Below, piece by piece: positions 1-16,990 of a stretch of 64,000 nt of DNA. The DNA lies in assembly GCF_009914755.1 (NCBI RefSeq), contig NC_060926.1. The stretch is one strand, 5' to 3'. The notes under the pieces were generated by a model that made no database searches, was not told the DNA's origin, and was given only the letters and a program-made list of their open reading frames with translations. The position numbers were made by a program, and so were the translations under genes. Each line of letters begins with the position of its first letter. Position 1 is the stretch's first letter. Source of the DNA: the human T2T-CHM13v2.0 reference genome, Homo sapiens.

Positions 1-1485
1 CACAAGGCCCACACACTGCTTTTGGCTGACTATGGCACCTAAGCTATTAGCCGCCCCAGCCCCCATTTAGTTTTTGAATAAACTGCCCAACCTCTCTGAA
101 CCCCTCTGGAGGGAATGTGACCTGCGTAAGTCCAGGTGTCTACAGTTAGCCGCTCCTTCTGGCCCAGTGCATGCACTTGATTCGGGTAGCCTGGGCCCAG
201 CCCCAGCAAGGACTGCCCAGCTGCCCTGAAGCTAACTCTTGGCTGGGGCAGAGGCAGGCAGGCTCCCAGCCCTTGGCCTCTGTGAGGCCACAGCAGCCCT
301 GGGGGCAGGGCGGGGAGTAAGTGGGAGCAGATCCAGGGTAGTTCACAGAAGCACCATCTCTTTAGATGGCACAGAAGCAGGGTGGCCATGGGCTAGGGGC
401 TTGAGCCCTGCAGCCCAGCCCCCCTCTTGAGCTTAGCCTGGCTGGCACACCTGGCTTCCTCCGGTGACTCACCTACCACCTGCTCAGCACATCAGCCGGT
501 TATGGGCTGAGACAGCCCACAAGAGCAGCTGGGCTGGGGGCTAGGAGTCAGGCCCAGGGCCTCAGCTTCTGGGAGGCGGCCAGGGCTTCTCAGCCTAGTT
601 TCTGATCCTTTTGGGAGGGGGGAGGAAGGTTCTGGGCGAAGGGAGGCACCATCTGGGGCTTCACCCAAACCATGGCTGTGCCACCTTCCTCAGGCTTCAC
701 AAGTCAAGATAGTTTCCAGAACAGTTCTGCCCACTCAGGGCTCACAGCTGTGCAAGCACAGGGTCAGGCTCTGCAGCCCACACCCCCAGCGTGGCCTTTG
801 GGCAGGCCTCGCCCAGCCGGGACCCTCCCTGCTACGGGAGGCCTGGGTGGGGCTGGGCAGGGGCGCACAGGACAGCACTCTTGCGATGCTTGCTCTTGTG
901 TTTTTCCTCTCACTCATGAAAACAGCTTGGCTGTGCTCAGTGTAGCAAGCTGCTGCCCCTGCGATCTGCCTGTGCCGTTGTGCCTTCCGATTGTTTATTC
1001 CCTTTTGTTTCCATCTCTGGATGCTCCAGCCAGCCTCTCCCCCACACACAAACCCCTCTCCAGGATAAGGGGTTGTTTGGGCCTTGCAGGAACCAGCGGG
1101 GATGGGCCAGACCAGAACTCTCCCTACACCGACATCACTGCTGGCAGCTGGCTCTACAAACACTCAGCCGCTTAGGGCAGACACCTAGGGCGAGAAGCAA
1201 TGATCCCTCAGGAAGACAGGCCTCCACCAGCCTTCTCAGAGGCAGGGAAGAGGTGGTGGAGGCTGATTTCCAGAGAAGCAACTGGCCACACAGCATGTTG
1301 CTCCTGGGTGCAAATCCTGGCTTCCTCCTCACCTAGGACAGGAAGCCAAGATCTTAAGTGTCTGCAAAGACCCAACGACCTGCCTGCTGCTTCCTGGAGC
1401 TGGTGCCCTGCCTGGGCCTTCTGACCAGACAGCACCTGCCTCTCTCTTCCTTCCAGCCATTGCTCCACACCCACCTTCTCAGTGA

Positions 1486-1965
<480 letters not shown>

Positions 1966-2119
1966 TGATTGAATGAATAAATGAACAGTCAAGACTGCAG
2001 CTAACATTTTCTGAGTAGATGCAAACCTTTATCCCTGATTTGAGCCACCCGAAGCCCACGTTTTCCAAATCCCAAACTGGAAGACACACTTTGACAAGAG
2101 GTTTACTGTGTTGCAAGAA

Positions 2120-2580
2120 GTGCCCCAGGATAAGAAGCAAACTCCTGATTTCCTCCCCAAACCTGCTCCAGCTGCGTCTTGCCTAGGGTAGGCAAAGGGC
2201 GTCTCCATCCCGCCTGTTGCACTGACCTAGAGTCCTTGTCTCTGTTCTCTTGCATCGCACATCCCACTGTCTGTACTTGGGAAATGCACCTACAACCTGA
2301 CCACTTCTCACCGCCCACGCTGCTGTTTCTCCAGGCCAAACCACTGTCATCTCTTGCCAGGATTACTGCAATCACCTCCTTCCTCTCCACTCCCAGTAAT
2401 CTCTTCTCAACACAGCAGGCAGAGTAATTTTTAAACGTTGTATAAATCAGATTTTGTTTCTTCTCTGCCCAAATCCTTGCAGGGGCTCCCCACTTCTGCG
2501 CAGAAGTCAAAACCCTCACCGTAGCCTTGAGGCTCTGGCTAACTGAGCCTCCACTTGCCTGTGTGACCTCAATGCTGTAA
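2120..2580 (+). mobile_element. L2 remnant
   Basis: ccactgtcatctcttgccaggattactgcaat, ttctcaacacagcaggcagagtaatttttaaa and aagtcaaaaccctcacc motifs. Confidence 0.7.
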
Positions 2581-2760
2581 GTCCTGTCCTTCAAGTTCAG
2601 TTCTCCAACGTGTGCTTCTGCTCCTGCTCCATGGGGCCTCCGCTGCAGCTTGCGGGAGATACAGAGCCCAGCAGCTTGGCCATCAGGGACTCCTGCCCAG
2701 CAGTGCCCTGCAAATTGCTGTGCCCAGATCCAGCCCCAGGTCCTCTGCTCCTACACCAGT
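2559..2760 (-). other. FAM178B: Candidate alternative (internal) first exon of a short FAM178B transcript, GC-type donor
   Basis: CAG|gcaagt (2561-2553) is the canonical GC-AG donor consensus. Contains a 28-codon uORF (2683-2597) and has GATA/KLF motifs immediately upstream. The 5' end is not determinable from sequence. Confidence 0.5.
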
Positions 2761-2791
2761 CAATTCTAAACCCCTGTGCCCCCTTTTACAG

Positions 2792-2929
2792 TGAATCGAT
2801 TGATAGGATTTCTCCAGCACTTGTGCACTGATGAGGAAAGGGAGGGACGGCCCTTGTCCTCCTGTCTGTGAACCGGGACTAAAGCCCAAGGACCCAGCAG
2901 GGCACTTCACCATGAAGTGGCGGGTGTGG
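2792..2929. promoter_or_regulatory. Candidate erythroid promoter module: TG-N7-TGATAG (TAL1/GATA1-type) plus CCACACCCG (KLF1-type)
   Basis: TG 2792-2793 and TGATAG 2801-2806; cgggtgtgg at 2921-2929 is CCACACCCG on the minus strand. Confidence 0.45.
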
Positions 2930-3016
2930 TCCAGGATGTCCAGAGGCAAGGAGAGAGCTGGACAGGCTAAGGCGGTGCCCTGCAGTGGTCAAGGGCAGGA
3001 CTTTAATCTCAGCTCT

Positions 3017-3307
3017 AGGCGGGGTACAGTGGCTTATGCCTGTAATCTCAGCACTTTGGGAGGCTAAGGCAAGAGGATCACTTGAGCCCAGGAGTTTGTG
3101 ACCACCCTTGTCAACATGGCGAAACCCTGCCGCTAAAAAAATACAAAAATTAGCCAGGTGTGGTGGTGCACGCCCATAGTCCCAGCTACTCAGGAGGCTG
3201 AGGTGGGAGGATCACCTGAGCCAGGGAGGTTGGGGCTGCAGTGAGTCGTGATCACACCACTGCACTCCAGCCTGGGAAAGTGAGACCCTGCCTCAAAAAT
3301 AAAATAA
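3017..3307 (+). mobile_element. AluJ-type
   Basis: gaggatcacttgagcccaggag diagnostic sequence. Confidence 0.9.
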
Positions 3308-4227
3308 TCCCGGCTGTACCACTTCCCTGTTGGGTGACCCTGGAAAGTTCCCCTATCTGTAAAATATGGATGACAGTAAGTCTGAGGGCCTTGGGCTGCT
3401 AGGAGGGGCGAGCACTGAGGACAGCAGCCAGGACACAGCTGTGCTGTTGTACATGGGAGCTGCCACTACTGCGGGTCGGGGGTGACAGGTGGAAAGGAAG
3501 AAGAGGCCCAGACACAGCAAAAGCTGTGTGCAGAGGGCAGGCAGGGCCTGTGAGGAGGCCCGATGAGAACATGCAGCACTGGCAAGCCCCGTGGAGGAGA
3601 CATTGGGAAAGGGGCATGTGGGCTGAGTGGGTGGCTGTGGGGACGAGGTGGCCCTTTGAAGGAGTGTTTCAGGAAGGTCTGACAGGCCAGACTGGAAAGG
3701 GGAGTGCCTGGCAGCCTGAAGACCTGGGAGGAGGCTGTGAGCAGCCCTGGGCTTGCAGTGGAGATGGGGAAGGAGCTCCAGGAAGGCCATGGGCAGGCCC
3801 CTGCCAGTCCTTCCTATCCCTCCAGTCGCCATGAATCTCTCACTCCCTTTCTCCTTTTTGCAGTACAAGCACTGACTCAGCCTCCAAGACCTGGCTCAGG
3901 GCATCTTCTCTAGCAGCTGCCGCACTGTGCCTGGACAGAGTTAGTCACTATGGCCGTGGCCGACTTGCTCACCCCTCTCTTCTGAGGTCATCTGGTGCTG
4001 TCTCCCCAGTGCCAGTACCTGGCACAGAGCCTGGCACTCAGGTTGCTCAGCTAGTGTCTAATAAACACATGGGTGCATGGTGGGCATGCAGCAAGTGGGC
4101 TGGACCTGGCTTGGCCCTGACAGGCTGCAAGACCCTGGCCCCTGGGGAGCCTGGGAGACCTGCCTGGCCAGGATCTCTCAAGGGGAGGCAGCGCCACTCC
4201 ATGTACTTTAAAAAAAAAAGAAAAAAA

Positions 4228-4610
4228 AAAGCGGGTCTTGCTCTGTCGCCCAGGCTGGAGTGCAGTGGAGCCGTCATGGCTCACTGCAGCCTTGACCTCC
4301 AGAGCTTAAGCCATCTTCCCACATCAGCATCCCCACCCCAAGTAGCTGGAACTAGAGGCACATGCCACCATGTCCAGCTAATTATTTTACTTTTTGTAAA
4401 GAACTCCAGGGCTCAAATGATTTTCCCACCTCAGCCTCTCAAAGTGCTGAGATTACAGGCCAGAGACACTGCCTCCCGCGCCCCCATTCCCCACTCTTTT
4501 TTTTTTTTTTTTTTTTTTTAAGAGAAGGTGTCTGGCTCTGTTGCCCAGGCTGCAGTGCGGTGGTGTGATTATAGCTCGCTGTAGCCTCCAACTCCTGGGC
4601 CCAACGACCC
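4228..4610 (-). mobile_element. Old Alu plus Alu monomer fragment
   Basis: Antisense Alu 4228-4480; poly(T) and monomer 4497-4610. Confidence 0.85.
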
Positions 4611-5738
4611 AGCCCTTCCTCCATGACACTTCCCCTCTGCCACTCTGACCTCCACCAGGAAGGCAGCCCCACCAAGCTCTCCTCACTCTATGCACAGCTG
4701 CTGGCCAAGAAAAAACAAAATGAAGCAAAATGCCAAGCCTTGAACTGGCTCTAACTCTCTCTCTGGCCACCTGTGTCGCGCCCCCTCTGGCCTCCACTCT
4801 GCGCTGGGCCTGTCCGTCAGCCTGCATCCCAGAGCCCTCCCAGGCACCCCATCTTGTGCTCCCCCCTGCCTCTAACTGCTGGCTGTTCCCAGCAACACCG
4901 CTGGGTCCCTCTGTTCTTCCTTCCTCACAGAGACCATCTATGAAGTAACCTCAGCACCGGTCACCTCCTCACTGCCCCTCCCAAGGTCTCAGCTGGGGCA
5001 CGTTCTCCCCATGCACCCCGACGACCCACCTGGGTGCCTGTCCCTTCCACAAGCGTGCACTGCCTTCCCGGGGTGTGCCAGGCACCGCCAGGTGCCGAGG
5101 GGCAGCAGGGGCCAGAAACTACGTGTTCCCTGTTCTTCAGGGGCTTATTTTCTGCTTGGGGGTAGGGGATGGAAAACACAGATGCTGAGCAAACAAATAG
5201 GAAAAGATCAGGGGGTGGCCACCAGGAGTGACTTAGGACAAGATGACAGCCAGTGCTGGGGCACTCTGGATTGGGTGGTCAGGAAGGCCCCTTGCAGAGG
5301 TGACATTTTGGCTGGAGTGGGAATGACAAGAAGCTCCAGTTCTACTAAGGCCTGGGGGAAGCATTCAAGGCAAAGGAGGCATCTGAGGCAAAAGCCAGGC
5401 CGAAGCCGCTCAGACAACCCAACCCCACCGGTCACCTCTCTGAACTCCCTCCTTGCAGTCACAGCACCTGGGACTCAGACATATGGTCCACCTCACCCAG
5501 GGATGTGCTGGAACATTGTCTCAGCCCTCTGGGCAAGGGGTTATGCTGCCTCAGTGGCTAGAGATGCACAGCCTCTAGCCAGAGCACCCCTAGTGTAGCT
5601 GAGCTGGAAGGGTCAGTTGTACCCAGCAGCTCTTCTCCCAGGATTCCAGGAAGATTACTGCGGAGGTGCGGGCGCGCTCAACCTCCCTTCCATCCATCCT
5701 TGGGCTGCCAGTGACCCCTTCATCACCCCGTGAAGTGA

Positions 5739-6133
<395 letters not shown>

Positions 6134-6512
6134 TAATGCCCTTGCTGCCCCAACAATACCTAACCCTGGGGACTGAGGGGACACCAGAGGGAGTAGTTTT
6201 AATTTAATAGTATTTGTTTTCATCTTTACAAACAGTATTTGTTTTTATGCTTTACTATAAAAAATAAACAACAACAAAAAAATGGGCTGTGGGCACTGTT
6301 GGGGGGTTGTGTTTAATGAGTGTGGAGTTTCAGTTTGGGAAGTTGAAAGAGTTATGGAGATGGATGGTGGTGATGGCTGCACAACACTGTGAATGAACTT
6401 AAGGTCCCTGAATTGTACACTTAGAAATGGCTGAAACACTATGCTTAAGAATGGTTAAGATGATTACAAAAAAATTAAATAAATGAATTTAATTCATTTA
6501 TTTGAATTAAAT

Positions 6513-7045
<533 letters not shown>

Positions 7046-7263
7046 CAACTACAATTTTTTAAAAAGACAGGCTCTCAGCTCACTGCTCTGTCCTCAGCGC
7101 CTAGCACATGGCTGGCATGCAAGCGGTAATTCTTGATGAAAGAACATGAGTAGAGAGTTCAGAGCCAGCTTAGCTCTGGGGCCTGATGTTCCTGGCCTTT
7201 GGGGAAAGCCTCCAGAGCCCGCAGGCCATGGCCTTCCTGCCCAGGCCTGAAGCAAACACTCAC

Positions 7264-7351
7264 CTGGGTCTTCTCTTGCCAGAGAGGGAGCATCTCCTGC
7301 TGGCCCAGCATTCGAGCAATGACCACAAGGCTGAGCTGGCTTCGAAGCCGC
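7264..7351 (-). CDS. FAM178B: FAM178B internal coding exon, 88 nt: (R)[29 protein letters not shown]
   Basis: Acceptor cttttcccccag; donor CAG|gtgagt. 1 nt + 29 codons, completing the AG|G Arg codon from the previous exon. Confidence 0.93.
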
Positions 7352-7614
7352 CTGGGGGAAAAGCGACAGCCTGAGAGAGGGTGTGCTGGAAGTCGGGGAG
7401 CCCGAGCAGGGGGCAGGATACCCATGGAGAGGGGACTTTGGGGGAGCCACCCTCCATCTGGGGTACCCCAGCAAAGGGCTTTCTCCATTGGCTTACAGCA
7501 TTATGTATTCTAGGAGGAATGAAACTCTCATGATCAGAAAATTAAATAATAAATCCACACAAAAACTCAAGTCCCTGGTAATTTCAGAGGCCCACAGAGC
7601 TGGGCTTTTCTTAG

Positions 7615-7981
<367 letters not shown>

Positions 7982-8833
7982 TGAACTGCTTTTCAATACG
8001 CCTCTGCCTCTTCTTTCCTTTGTGGCTCCACCTCTGCAGGGTGGGGGAGGCTGGGGGACTGACTTGGCCTCAGCAGGCCAAACTTCATGGTTTTCTTTTC
8101 ACCCAGTATCCACTGGGCTTTCCTTTGGGAAATCCATCTCCTGCCAGGCTCCCAGGACAGGCACCTGACCCAGTCACTGAGAGGTGGCCTCGGGCTGTGG
8201 CTGAACTATCAGCAAAGTGCAGGCATGCAGGCCTTTCCAGCAGGGCCGCCACTACAGCCACTGGTGGCCATCCTGCCTCCTGGAGGGAGAATCAGGAAGA
8301 GGAAGCCACAGGGAGGCAAAGAGGCTGAAACAGAGCCCTGAGAATGCCCAGAGACAGCTGTGCCTGGAACCCCTGGCCCCTGGACCTCTCACCCCAGCCT
8401 TGCATGCAGAGAGGCTCCCTGGGTGAACGGGAACTGAGGCAGGAATGGCTTCCTCAAAGCTCCGGTGAGGCTGGGATCACAGAGGCATTAATCTAGGGTC
8501 TAAAATCCTGGGGCACTTTTAGATTTTCTTAGGAAAGAGTCAAGAAAGTCAGAGGACTCGACAAAGCAGCGGACTCTTGGATTTTTCAAAAAGCAGAACA
8601 AGCAGCAGCAGCACCGCACCCCAGAAGAGCCAACACGAGCTGGGGCCATGCCAGGTGCTGGTGGGGGCGCAGGGTTATGGGCACTCACACACAGCTGGCA
8701 GGATATTGATGGGTGCGCCACTGCCCAAAACTGGCAAGATCTACTAAAGATGTGTAGATGCCCACCCCATGCCCAGCAATCCTACTCCTAGGTACAAAGT
8801 TGCAAAAAAAGGAGAGGCACTAGAAGGTTTGCA

Positions 8834-8857
8834 CAGCAGCAGCAGCAGCAGCAACAG
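8834..8857 (+). repeat. (CAG)6 CAA CAG trinucleotide microsatellite (CTG on the gene's sense strand)
   Basis: Read directly from the sequence. Confidence 0.9.
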
Positions 8858-8929
8858 CACAGTGGACAGACAGATCAGGCTGTATCCATACAGCTCAGTC
8901 CTACGGGGGGGTGTTGTGATTATGAATGA

Positions 8930-10235
<1,306 letters not shown>

Positions 10236-10253
10236 GTTCAGCTGGAAGGGAGA

Positions 10254-11088
<835 letters not shown>

Positions 11089-13371
11089 TGATGTGAACCA
11101 TCGTGGGGGTGCCCTGACCCTGGGCCCCTTCAGCCTCAACCCCCTCCTGTGCAGCACCACTGTGTACTCACTCAACACTTCCCACTTCCCCCACACTGAG
11201 CACTGAGGAAAGGCAGCGCCCACCCGGACTGAACCATGGGATAACTAACAGAAGCCCCTTATCCCCTCTCTACGGCCCCTACAACAGACCCCCGTGGGTG
11301 CAGGCCACCCCGTGGCCCCACACCCAGAGCCCCAAGCTTCAGGTTCTCCCCCACGCACAGGCCTTCGCCTCCCTGTCAGACAGGGCCAGCTTTCCAGCTG
11401 TTTGGGAGCCCCAGCAGCAGCTGGGCCGGGAACACAGTGGGAGGTCAATGGCCCCTCTGAGCTGCTCCACAGTGAACTCAAAGCCAGTCAGAAGTCTGCA
11501 TCTGGGCTTCATTAATCCAAAACTTGAGGCCTGCGCGGGAGCTCGTTTACTCGTTTACTCACAGCGGGCGAGGAGGGCCTGCCCGGCCCGGGGGTGAGGG
11601 GAGCAGGCAGGCCGGCAAAGCAGTGCCAGGGGTGGTTCCAGAAGGGAAGAGGCGGGCAGGGTGGGTCAGGATGGGGCTGTTATCCAGAAATGAAGAAAAG
11701 CACCACAAGAAGCACCAAGAGGGTGCATGGATGAAAAGAAACCCACATGTGAGTGGCGAGCCCCCTTGCTGTCCCCGCCTGCCCACTGCCTTTCATCCTG
11801 ATGGCCCTCCCCGCCTTTTAAACCCCGTCCTGCATTCTTAGTTCCCACTGGGACACAGCAAGGAGGGGGCAGGGGGCGGGGCGAGACCATTTTTTTATTT
11901 TACAGACTGAGAACTTATTCCATGGAGAAGAAAAAGAAAAGCCTCACCCCACCACCACCCAGACTGTGCAGGGCACAAGCAGAGGGGCTGGCTGAGGCTG
12001 GCTGTGGGCTCTCCCTCCCATAGAAGAGGCCTGACCCCACCTGGCAAGGCCTCCCCGGAACTCCAACCAGGTTCAGAGGAGGAGGCAGAAGCCATGGGGC
12101 CATCCCAGCCACTGTCATATAAGGCAACAGGCTCCAGCCCTGGCGTGCACCAGCCAGGCCAGGCTAGGCCAGGCCAGCTTCTGCCTCCGCCCTGTCCCCC
12201 TCCACCCACCAAGGGCCTCCACAAGACCAGGACACTGGATTAGCACTCAGAGGAGTCGAAGGCACTGAGACATTCACAAATGACTTTTCCAAACCCGCAG
12301 CAGGGCCAGAAGTGGAATGCCAGCGCTCTGCTTCCTAGCCTCCGCAAGGGGCACCCAGGAAGGCAAAGGCACCAACCACGTGGGCTGCTGGGATGTCGGG
12401 CAGTGACATAGGCCAGCACAGCCCCTCTGGAGCCCCTTGTCTTCACTCCCTGGGAGGAGAACTGGGCCCTGCCAAGACTGAACTGCCCTAAAAGGCTGTC
12501 AGGCACCTGGCCAAAGGCATGAGCTGCCTTTTCCAGTCTCCAGGGCAGCTCAGGAAGCAACGGCAGTGGCCTGTTCCACCGTGGCAATGCTGCCTGACAT
12601 GCTGCCTCAGGGCGTCCGCCTGGCTCGCACCCCGGGCCTCTTGTCCATCAGGCTGCCTGTCAGCCACCTGCTCGGCACTCCTTCCCTGGACTCTTCATTG
12701 CGCACTTGCCAGGTGGGAAGAACAAGGGGGTGGGCTTAGAAGCTGGTTGTCCCTCCCGGGGGTCTGCAAGCCCACAGCCACCAGACTGCCTGGTCATCCA
12801 CAGACCAGTCTGAGCACACAGAGTGTGGACGGGAATAGACGGCGGGACACAGTCGGCCACAGACCCAGACGAGTGGACCACCACAGGGCAACATGAGGAA
12901 CCCGTCTATATATAACCACGCACATTGACGTGGAGAGGCCCCACAAACCAGGTGTTGAGCCAAGGAAGCCAGACCCAAGGGAGAATGCTCTGCATGGTCC
13001 CATTTATATAAATGTTTAAAAACAGGCAAAATTGGGCTAGGCACAGTGGCTCACACCTGTAATCCCAGCACTTTGGGAAACTGAGGCAGGAGGCTCATTT
13101 GAGGTCAGGAGTTCGAGGCCATCCTGGGCAACATAGGGAGACCCCATCTCTCAAAAACCAACCAACCAACAAAACAGGTAAAATGAATCTATGTGATGGA
13201 AGCTGTGAAAGTGATTACCTCTGCAGGAGGGAACGCCTGGCAGGGGCCTGATGGGGCTTCTGGGGAGCGGCAGACATTCTGTCCCATGGTCAGGTGGTAC
13301 ATGGATGATCTCTTTTGCAAAGGGCACGAAGTGTCCACCTATGATATGGGTCCTTCCATTCACACGTATTA

Positions 13372-14790
<1,419 letters not shown>

Positions 14791-15414
14791 TATGTGCTCC
14801 CAAGCCGGAATCCCCTAGAGAATAACCTGGAGGAGCACATCAAGCACCATTGCCCCCATCTCCTGGAAGCCCTCCGCCTCCAAAAGTCCCCATGGAGCCA
14901 CGGCCCCAACTTCATGTCTCCCAGGAGCAGTGAGACGCCGTCCCACCGGGGAGACGGCCTCCTCTGCACAGTGAGGTTGGTCATGCAGCCTCCCACACTC
15001 TCTTAGGCTTTAACCCCCTTCGACGACCAATATTTGATTCCAAATGAAAAACTGTTCTCCTTGACAAAGACGGCAAAAGCAAAATACGAATTGTGTAGTG
15101 TTGTTCCGTCTGCATCAGGGCTAACGTTTTACTGTCAGCCCCAAACCGCACTCCTTGCTTCAAAAGTAACTACACAGAAACTCCTTTTATGGCCTTCGGC
15201 ATTTCCCAACAACACTCCCGCTGGTCCACGCCGTTTGTCCGGCTACCTTACTTTGGTGCCCTTCTTTCCAAACCTGAGACCACGAACAAGCTCTGAGGGG
15301 AGCCCCTGCAGCCTTTAATGCTTCCCTTCTTTTCCTCACTGGGCTCCTTTGTAATCCATATTCAAAGCTTCAGTGCAAGATCTCCCAGCCCACCTGAGAC
15401 ATCTCTCTTCTTAA

Positions 15415-15765
<351 letters not shown>

Positions 15766-16631
15766 TGAGTGAGTCCCCCTGCCATGCCAGGCTCTGTGGA
15801 CTCAGGGAGTACGGCCACAGCACCTGTCCCTCTGATGCTCACGGCCCGCGTCAGTGAGGGGGACAGCCTGATGGGCCTGCAACAAGGGCTGCTCGAAGAG
15901 GAGATGCCTTGGCCGGAGCCTCGTCTTGAGGCTGAAGAGATGTGAACCAGGCAGAGGAGGACAATGGGAAGAGGCCTCTCCAGGAGGAGACAGATGCGGA
16001 AAAGCTTGGAGGCAAATGATCATCTTGAGTTGGGGTGGCTGCCAAGTTCTAGGACGCGGCAAAAGCGTGGAAGCCTGCAGGGAGCAGGGTGGCATGTGAG
16101 CCTGGGAAAGGGGGCACCAATGCCCTCCAACCCCAGGCTGCACCGTGGCATTTCACCCTGAGGGGGAAAGTCTGAAAGATTTTATGCACATCAGCAATGC
16201 GAACACATGAGCATCTGAAGGACGGTCACACTCCGGGACAGCACAAGGTGGAGCTGGTGGAGAAAGCCTGGAAAGAGACAGTGGGATGCTCTGGCGGAAA
16301 TCCAAGGGGGTTGCAGGAAGAGCTGCACCAAGGCAGCGACAGGGAGGGTGAGGAGGAATGAGCACTGTGGGAGATTGGGGAGCTCCAGGGCACCGAATCT
16401 GTCCATAGGACTCCAGGCCTGGGCAGTGGGCAGACACTGGTGCCACTCATGGAGCCATGGAAGACAGGGAAGGGGTCCTCCTGGGAAGGCGGTGACTCCT
16501 GCTTCCCACATGCTGAATCCCAGACATGTGCCACACAGATCGGTGCTCAGCAGCAAAGTCTGGCCACAGGTATTCATTTGGGAGCTGCTAGCATGTGCCT
16601 GGAGCTGAGGCCTCGGGTGCAGATGAGATGG

Positions 16632-16990
16632 TGTCTCAGGCTGGCTTCCCCAGAAAGTAGGCTCTGAAATGGATATTAGCAAGCAGGGAATTTACGTAGG
16701 GAGAGAGGATGCAGGGAATTTATGCGGGGAGAGACAAAGGAAACCAGGCTGCCACGCAGCCAGTGAAGGCCTCAGCTGACCCCACAAGGACTCCGGAGCC
16801 AGCAGGGTCCTTCGGAGACATCCTCAACTAAGGCAACGGGGAAGATCTTTGTGTCTCAGCACTGGGCTGCTGCCAAGGAAGGGGCCCAGCCCTGGTAAGG
16901 TGACCACCTTTGGCAGAGGTGACTCCTCTGCCACCCCCAGCAGTGGAAAGAGTGCCCCAGTCCTGGATCGGGGCAAGTGGGGGGCACCTA
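16632..16990 (-). mobile_element. LTR16-like (ERVL) LTR remnant
   Basis: ggcctcagctgaccccacaaggactccggagc...ccttcggagacatcctcaactaaggcaa pattern. Confidence 0.5.

Noticed and set aside
5011-5598. 195-aa plus-strand ORF
   Set aside because: Overlaps L2-like sequence; no homology recognised.
5644-5652. Isolated GAS motifs (also 55107-55115)
   Set aside because: Single TTCN3GAA sites are expected every few kb by chance.
8834-8857. CAG repeat as polyglutamine or expansion locus
   Set aside because: Only six pure units, intronic, within an L1 remnant.
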